The notes under the pieces: model-generated
What the model was told of the DNA's origin: nothing
Database searches by the model: none
What the model saw: only the letters and a program-made list of their open reading frames with translations
Position numbers and translations under genes: made by a program
From: Cypionkella sp.
GTDB lineage: Bacteria; Pseudomonadota; Alphaproteobacteria; Rhodobacterales; Rhodobacteraceae
Assembly: GCA_965248485.1 (NCBI GenBank)
Contig: OZ252107.1
Coordinates: forward strand, 36,199 to 100,198
Reading direction: 5' to 3'
Length of the DNA: 64,000 bases
Shown: positions 60,082 through 64,000 of the stretch, piece by piece
Layout of the letters: every line of letters starts with the position of its first letter
How positions within the stretch are numbered: position 1 is the stretch's first letter

Positions 60082-60851
60082 TCGCGGTTTTTCTGTTTTA
60101 ACAATTTCGCGGGGCGCAGCGCCTCGGCCGCTTTGAACAGGCCGAAGGTTTGGTTGACGTAATTCACCACGCCGCCGATCTGCTCCATATATTTCTGCAA
60201 CTCGGGGGTGCGCTCGGCCTCGACAACTTGCACGGCCCGCTCTGGCCCCATCGCCTCGAACTGGCAGTAAAACAGCGGCTCGCCGCGCCGCAGGATGATG
60301 TCTTTTTTGGTGTCATGCCATTCAAAAGCCCACATCAGCGGGCGCGGCCATGCGTTCAGCGGAAAACGGCCGCCAAAAATCGTGCCAGGCAGCGGGTCGG
60401 CGCGGTAATGCAAAAACGCCGAAAGCTGGGTGATATAGACCAGCTCATCGGCGATAAAGCAGTAGGGTAGCGAAAGCTGAACCGTCGGGCGGTCAGGAAA
60501 GCGCCACTCGGTCTCATTCACGAGGGTCAGCACCTCGCCCAATTTATTGCTGCGAATGGGGCTGGCCGTGCCCGCGCGGTTGACCAGCGTGGCCTTGCCC
60601 TTTTCGTCGCGCGCGAACCCGATATGGATGTCAAACGGCGCTTTGACCATGAAATAGCGGCTTTCCAGTTGGATAACGGCAGGGCAACGACTGGCGCTTT
60701 TGGCGTGGGTCTTATTCGTTTGGCGAAAGATCACCCGTTCGGGCGCATCATACATCACCGCGCCTTTGTCCGATGTTAAAAACCAGCCCACTGTGACGGG
60801 GCCGCTTTCGGGTTCGTATTCGGGGCGTTCAAAGCCGACGGTAATTTCCAT
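60078..60851 (-). CDS. Conserved hypothetical soluble protein
   Basis: 257-aa ORF with typical codon use; its stop overlaps the start of the PD40 gene; motifs KSASRCPAV, GGRFP..AWPRPLMWAFEW, RGEPLFYCQFE. Confidence 0.75.
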   Translation of the reverse strand: MEITVGFERPEYEPESGPVTVGWFLTSDKGAVMYDAPERVIFRQTNKTHAKSASRCPAVIQLESRYFMVKAPFDIHIGFARDEKGKATLVNRAGTASPIRSNKLGEVLTLVNETEWRFPDRPTVQLSLPYCFIADELVYITQLSAFLHYRADPLPGTIFGGRFPLNAWPRPLMWAFEWHDTKKDIILRRGEPLFYCQFEAMGPERAVQVVEAERTPELQKYMEQIGGVVNYVNQTFGLFKAAEALRPAKLLKQKNRE

Positions 60852-60966
60852 GACAATACCTTGGGTGATTTTCCCCAGATTCGGCGCAAAGACGGCGGCT
60901 GTCAATCGTGCCCTGTTGACAGGGCTTTGCTGCCCCGTCATTTGGGGGAAAACAGGGGATAAACAC

Positions 60967-61656
60967 ATGGCAGATGACCGTTTGATCGTGGCGCTGGATG
61001 TGCCGAATATCGTGCAAGGTCTGCAGGTGGCAGATGCCTTGGGCGATGCGGTTTCGTTCTACAAAATTGGTCTGGGAATGTTGACAGGCGGCGGTCTGGC
61101 CCTTGCGAATGAATTGAAGGGCGAACGCGGCAAGCGGATTTTTCTGGACATGAAGCTGTTCGATATTGGCGCAACAGTCGAGGCCGCCGTGCGCGGCATT
61201 GCGCAATATGATCTGGATTTTCTGACCGTGCATGGCGACCCGCAAGTGGTGCGTGCGGCGGGGGAAGGCAAGCGCGGCTCGAACACAAAGATTTTGGCGG
61301 TGACGATCCTAACCTCGCTGGATCGCGGTGATTTGGATGCGAATATGATTGTGGCGGGCGATCTTGCCGCCATCACGCTGGAACGCGCCGCCCGCGCGCT
61401 AGAGGCGGGTGCGGATGGGGTGATTGCCTCGCCACAAGAGGCGGCTGCGATCCGTGCGCTGCCGCAGGCGAAGGGTAAGCTGATCGTCACGCCGGGCGTG
61501 CGGCCCGCGGGGGCAGAGTTGGGCGATCAAAAGCGCATCGCAACCCCGCGTCACGCACTGGAAAACGGGGCCGATCATATCGTTGTGGGCCGCCCGATTT
61601 GGGCCGCCCGCGATATGCGCGCCGCCGCCGCCGCGATTTTGGCCGATATTGCCTGA
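60967..61656 (+). CDS. pyrF: Orotidine-5'-phosphate decarboxylase
   Basis: LIVALD, YKIG, FLDMKLFDIGATV, AVTILTS, VTPGVRP, DQKR, VVGRPI. Confidence 0.96.
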   Translation: MADDRLIVALDVPNIVQGLQVADALGDAVSFYKIGLGMLTGGGLALANELKGERGKRIFLDMKLFDIGATVEAAVRGIAQYDLDFLTVHGDPQVVRAAGEGKRGSNTKILAVTILTSLDRGDLDANMIVAGDLAAITLERAARALEAGADGVIASPQEAAAIRALPQAKGKLIVTPGVRPAGAELGDQKRIATPRHALENGADHIVVGRPIWAARDMRAAAAAILADIA

Positions 61657-61683
61657 TAAGGCGCATCGGCGCATAGTGCTGCC

Positions 61684-62952
61684 ATGCCAGCCTTATGCCG
61701 CGATTGTCTAACCCAGTTTGATACGGGGCCTCGCTGCCCCAAATGCCGCTCGCCCCGCGTGCTGGCCCACGGCGAATTGCACGAATTATCCATCGCCCAT
61801 ATGGATTGCGATGCCTTTTACGCAAGCGTCGAAAAGCGCGACAATCCCGAATTGCGCGACCAGCCCGTGATTGTCGGCGGCGGACAGCGCGGCGTTGTCT
61901 CGACCTGTTGTTATATCGCGCGCATCCACGGGGTGCGCAGCGCCATGCCGATGTTTCAGGCGCTAAAGCTGTGCCCGCAGGCGGTGGTGGTGAAACCGCG
62001 CATGTCCGCTTATGTCGAGGCCAGCCGCGCCATCAGGGCGATGATGGAGGAGTTGACCCCCGCCATTGAACCCTTGTCACTGGACGAGGCATTTCTTGAT
62101 ATGACAGGCACCGCGCGTCTGCATGGCGCACCGCCTGCGGTGATGCTGGCAGGGTTGGTGCGGCGGATGGAAACGGAGTTGGGGCTGACAGGCTCGGTCG
62201 GCCTAAGTCATAATAAGTTTTTGGCCAAAATCGCCTCGGACTTGGATAAACCCAAAGGCTTTTCCGTGGTTGGCAGGGCCGAGACAGAGGCCTTTTTGCT
62301 GCCCAAACCTGTGAAAATAATCTGGGGCGTGGGCACGGCGATGCAGGCGCATTTGGAAAAGGCAGGCATCCGCACCATTGCCGATTTGCGGCGCTGGGAA
62401 CAGGCCGATTTGACAGCGCGCTTTGGCCAGATGGGCGCGCGGCTGTTTCATCTGGCGCGGGGGCAAGACAGGCGGCGGGTGCAGCGCGATTCGGCGCTGA
62501 AATCCATCAGCAAGGAAACCACGTTTTTCGAAGATACGGGCGATATTGACCTGCTGGATGGCCATATCTGGCGGCTTGCCACCCAGGTGGCCGACCGCGC
62601 CAAGGCCAAAGGCTTTGGCGGCAAGACGGTAACGCTAAAGCTGAAACGCAGCGATTTTTCGGCCTTGTCTCGGCGCGTGACACTGGAAGACCCGACACAA
62701 CTTGCCGACCGCATTTACCGCACCGCCCGCGCGCTGTTTGATGCAGCGCAGGCGCAAATGGGCGCGGGATTTGGCCCGTTTCGTCTGATCGGCGTGGGAA
62801 TTTCCGACCTGTCCGCTGCAGATTTAGCCGACCAAACCAGCGATTTGCTTGATCCATCCGCCCCCAAACGCGCTGCTGCCGAACGCGCCGCCGATGCGAT
62901 TCGCGCCCGCTTTGGCAAGGATGCCATCGTCAAGGGCCGCGCTTTGCGTTGA
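61684..62952 (+). CDS. dinB: DNA polymerase IV (Y family)
   Basis: HMDCDAFYASVE, STCCYIAR..GVRSAMP, EPLSLDEAFLD, KFLAKIASD..KPKG, little-finger KSISKETTF. Confidence 0.95.
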   Translation: MPALCRDCLTQFDTGPRCPKCRSPRVLAHGELHELSIAHMDCDAFYASVEKRDNPELRDQPVIVGGGQRGVVSTCCYIARIHGVRSAMPMFQALKLCPQAVVVKPRMSAYVEASRAIRAMMEELTPAIEPLSLDEAFLDMTGTARLHGAPPAVMLAGLVRRMETELGLTGSVGLSHNKFLAKIASDLDKPKGFSVVGRAETEAFLLPKPVKIIWGVGTAMQAHLEKAGIRTIADLRRWEQADLTARFGQMGARLFHLARGQDRRRVQRDSALKSISKETTFFEDTGDIDLLDGHIWRLATQVADRAKAKGFGGKTVTLKLKRSDFSALSRRVTLEDPTQLADRIYRTARALFDAAQAQMGAGFGPFRLIGVGISDLSAADLADQTSDLLDPSAPKRAAAERAADAIRARFGKDAIVKGRALR

Positions 62953-63026
62953 TGCAACCTGCTTTTGAATTTAGATCAAAATTGACGGTTTCATAATGTA
63001 TTTGGCCCAAACCTTTGCGGGCCTGA

Positions 63027-63881
63027 TTACTCGGCCGCCAATGCGCGCCGTGGTGGCAATGATTGTGCCAACCTGCCGATGACCTGCGTCATCATCGCGC
63101 AAAAGGCATCAAACTTTGGCAGGGGAGCAATCAGCGCTTCGTTCATATAGATGCCGCGGTTGATTTCAATTTGAACCACGTGGCGGCCCACAGCGGGGCG
63201 GCCGTAGGTTTGGGCAATATAGGCCCCTGCGAAAGGCGAATTGCGCGCAACCCGCAGGCCTTGGTCTTGGAACGCTGCCTCAATCTCGGCTGTGATGCTG
63301 GCCGCCGCCGCCGCGCCGTGAAGGTCGCCCAAAACAATATCGGGTTGCGCCGCGCCAAAACGGTGAGTTTGGGTGGCCTCGCTGGGCATGGAATGAAAAT
63401 CCAGCAGCACAATTTGGCCAAATTTCGCAAGGCTGTCGTCCAGCAACTGCCGCAAAGCGCGGTGATAGGGGTGCCAATGCAGGGCCACCCGCGCCTGCGC
63501 CTCGTGCATTTGAATCTTGCCGCGATAGATCGCCCGCCCCCCCGCCACCACGCGGGGAATAACCCCAAGGCCCGACGCAACACGCGGATTGCTGGCCAGG
63601 TTGCGCGCGCCTTCAATCACGGCGGGGTCAAACTCGTCGGGTGCGCGGTTCAAATCCACATAGGCGCGCGGCACATGCGCCAGCAGCAAGGGCGCGCCGA
63701 ATTTGGGCGCGGCCGCAATAATCTGATCCACAAACGCATCTTCCGAAGACCGCATTGCGCGCATATCCAGCCCCGTTTGCGCCATCAGCGCCGCAGGATA
63801 GCCCCGTCCCGAATGAGGAGAGGCAAACACAACAGGGCTGCTGTGCCGTTCGGGTTTGATGATTTGATACGAGGCGGTCAT
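63027..63881 (-). CDS. N-formylglutamate amidohydrolase family protein
   Basis: SPHSGR.YP, SEDAFVD, RAYVDLNR, GLGVIPR, LDFHSMP, LGDLHG, RNSPFAG, QIEINR. Confidence 0.9.
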   Translation of the reverse strand: MTASYQIIKPERHSSPVVFASPHSGRGYPAALMAQTGLDMRAMRSSEDAFVDQIIAAAPKFGAPLLLAHVPRAYVDLNRAPDEFDPAVIEGARNLASNPRVASGLGVIPRVVAGGRAIYRGKIQMHEAQARVALHWHPYHRALRQLLDDSLAKFGQIVLLDFHSMPSEATQTHRFGAAQPDIVLGDLHGAAAAASITAEIEAAFQDQGLRVARNSPFAGAYIAQTYGRPAVGRHVVQIEINRGIYMNEALIAPLPKFDAFCAMMTQVIGRLAQSLPPRRALAAE

Positions 63882-63936
63882 GGTCTTTTTCCTGATTAAT
63901 CTAGTATAAACAGAAAAAATTGCGCACCGATACCCC

Positions 63937-63965
63937 TTGATCCGCCGTGTCCTTCCCATTATAGC
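63937..63965 (+). promoter_or_regulatory. Putative sigma70 promoter (TTGATC-N17-TATAGC) pointing out of the window
   Basis: Hexamers at 63937-63942 and 63960-63965; target gene not visible. Confidence 0.45.
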
Positions 63966-64000
63966 CACGCAACCGATATACCAGCGCCGCCTTTTGGCGA

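Noticed and set aside
62953-63026. AT-rich convergent gap with TTGACG and the inverted repeat TTTTGA-N7-TCAAAA, as an sRNA promoter or iron-regulator box
   Set aside because: No -10 element at proper spacing and no match to the Irr or Fur consensus; more likely terminator sequence.
1-64000. KOPS (GGGNAGGG) polarity as support for the origin
   Set aside because: Left of the origin I saw copies in both orientations (minus at 2888, 3550, 15028, 20328; plus at 19822, 24316, 24804, 31612), so a by-eye count is uninformative.
63966-64000. Possible tRNA downstream of the terminal promoter
   Set aside because: No tRNA sequence is visible before the window ends.
1-64000. CRISPR arrays, IS elements, prophage genes, rRNA/tRNA genes and riboswitches
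   Set aside because: No repeat-spacer array, transposase, integrase or structured RNA signature found; intergenic gaps are short and explained by promoters, terminators or the origin.

Overview
A GC-rich alphaproteobacterial chromosome segment, Rhodobacteraceae-like by gene content and order, that appears to span the replication origin. The left part holds a ChvE/GguAB sugar-uptake operon with a non-phosphorylative L-arabinose/galactose pathway and a GH51 arabinofuranosidase, then a LuxR-type regulator divergent from cysD-cysNC with a 20-bp operator-like palindrome between them. Next come a 59-aa secreted, membrane-anchored protein missed by the ORF track, a Tat-exported cell-wall cluster, tandem ABC exporters, cca/Nudix/hslO, a REC-PP2C phosphatase with a divergent Hpt gene, ilvA, argG, and a coupled class IV aminotransferase plus sulfotransferase-like pair of unknown function. 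The core origin region follows: msrA, mutS, grpE-hrcA, rph-rdgB-hemW, parB-parA-rsmG-mnmG-mnmE-rho-hemJ with two perfect parS sites, a candidate oriC at about 49311-49719, maf-aroE-coaE-dnaQ, secB and tim44-mltA-smr. The right end holds an antiporter, clpB, an uncharacterised two-gene operon, pyrF, dinB and an N-formylglutamate amidohydrolase-family gene. I saw no tRNA, rRNA, CRISPR array or mobile element. The best candidates for undescribed biology are the aminotransferase/sulfotransferase-like pair, the small protein, the LuxR-cysDNC module and the two-gene operon next to clpB. All product calls come from motif recognition by eye; no database search was run.
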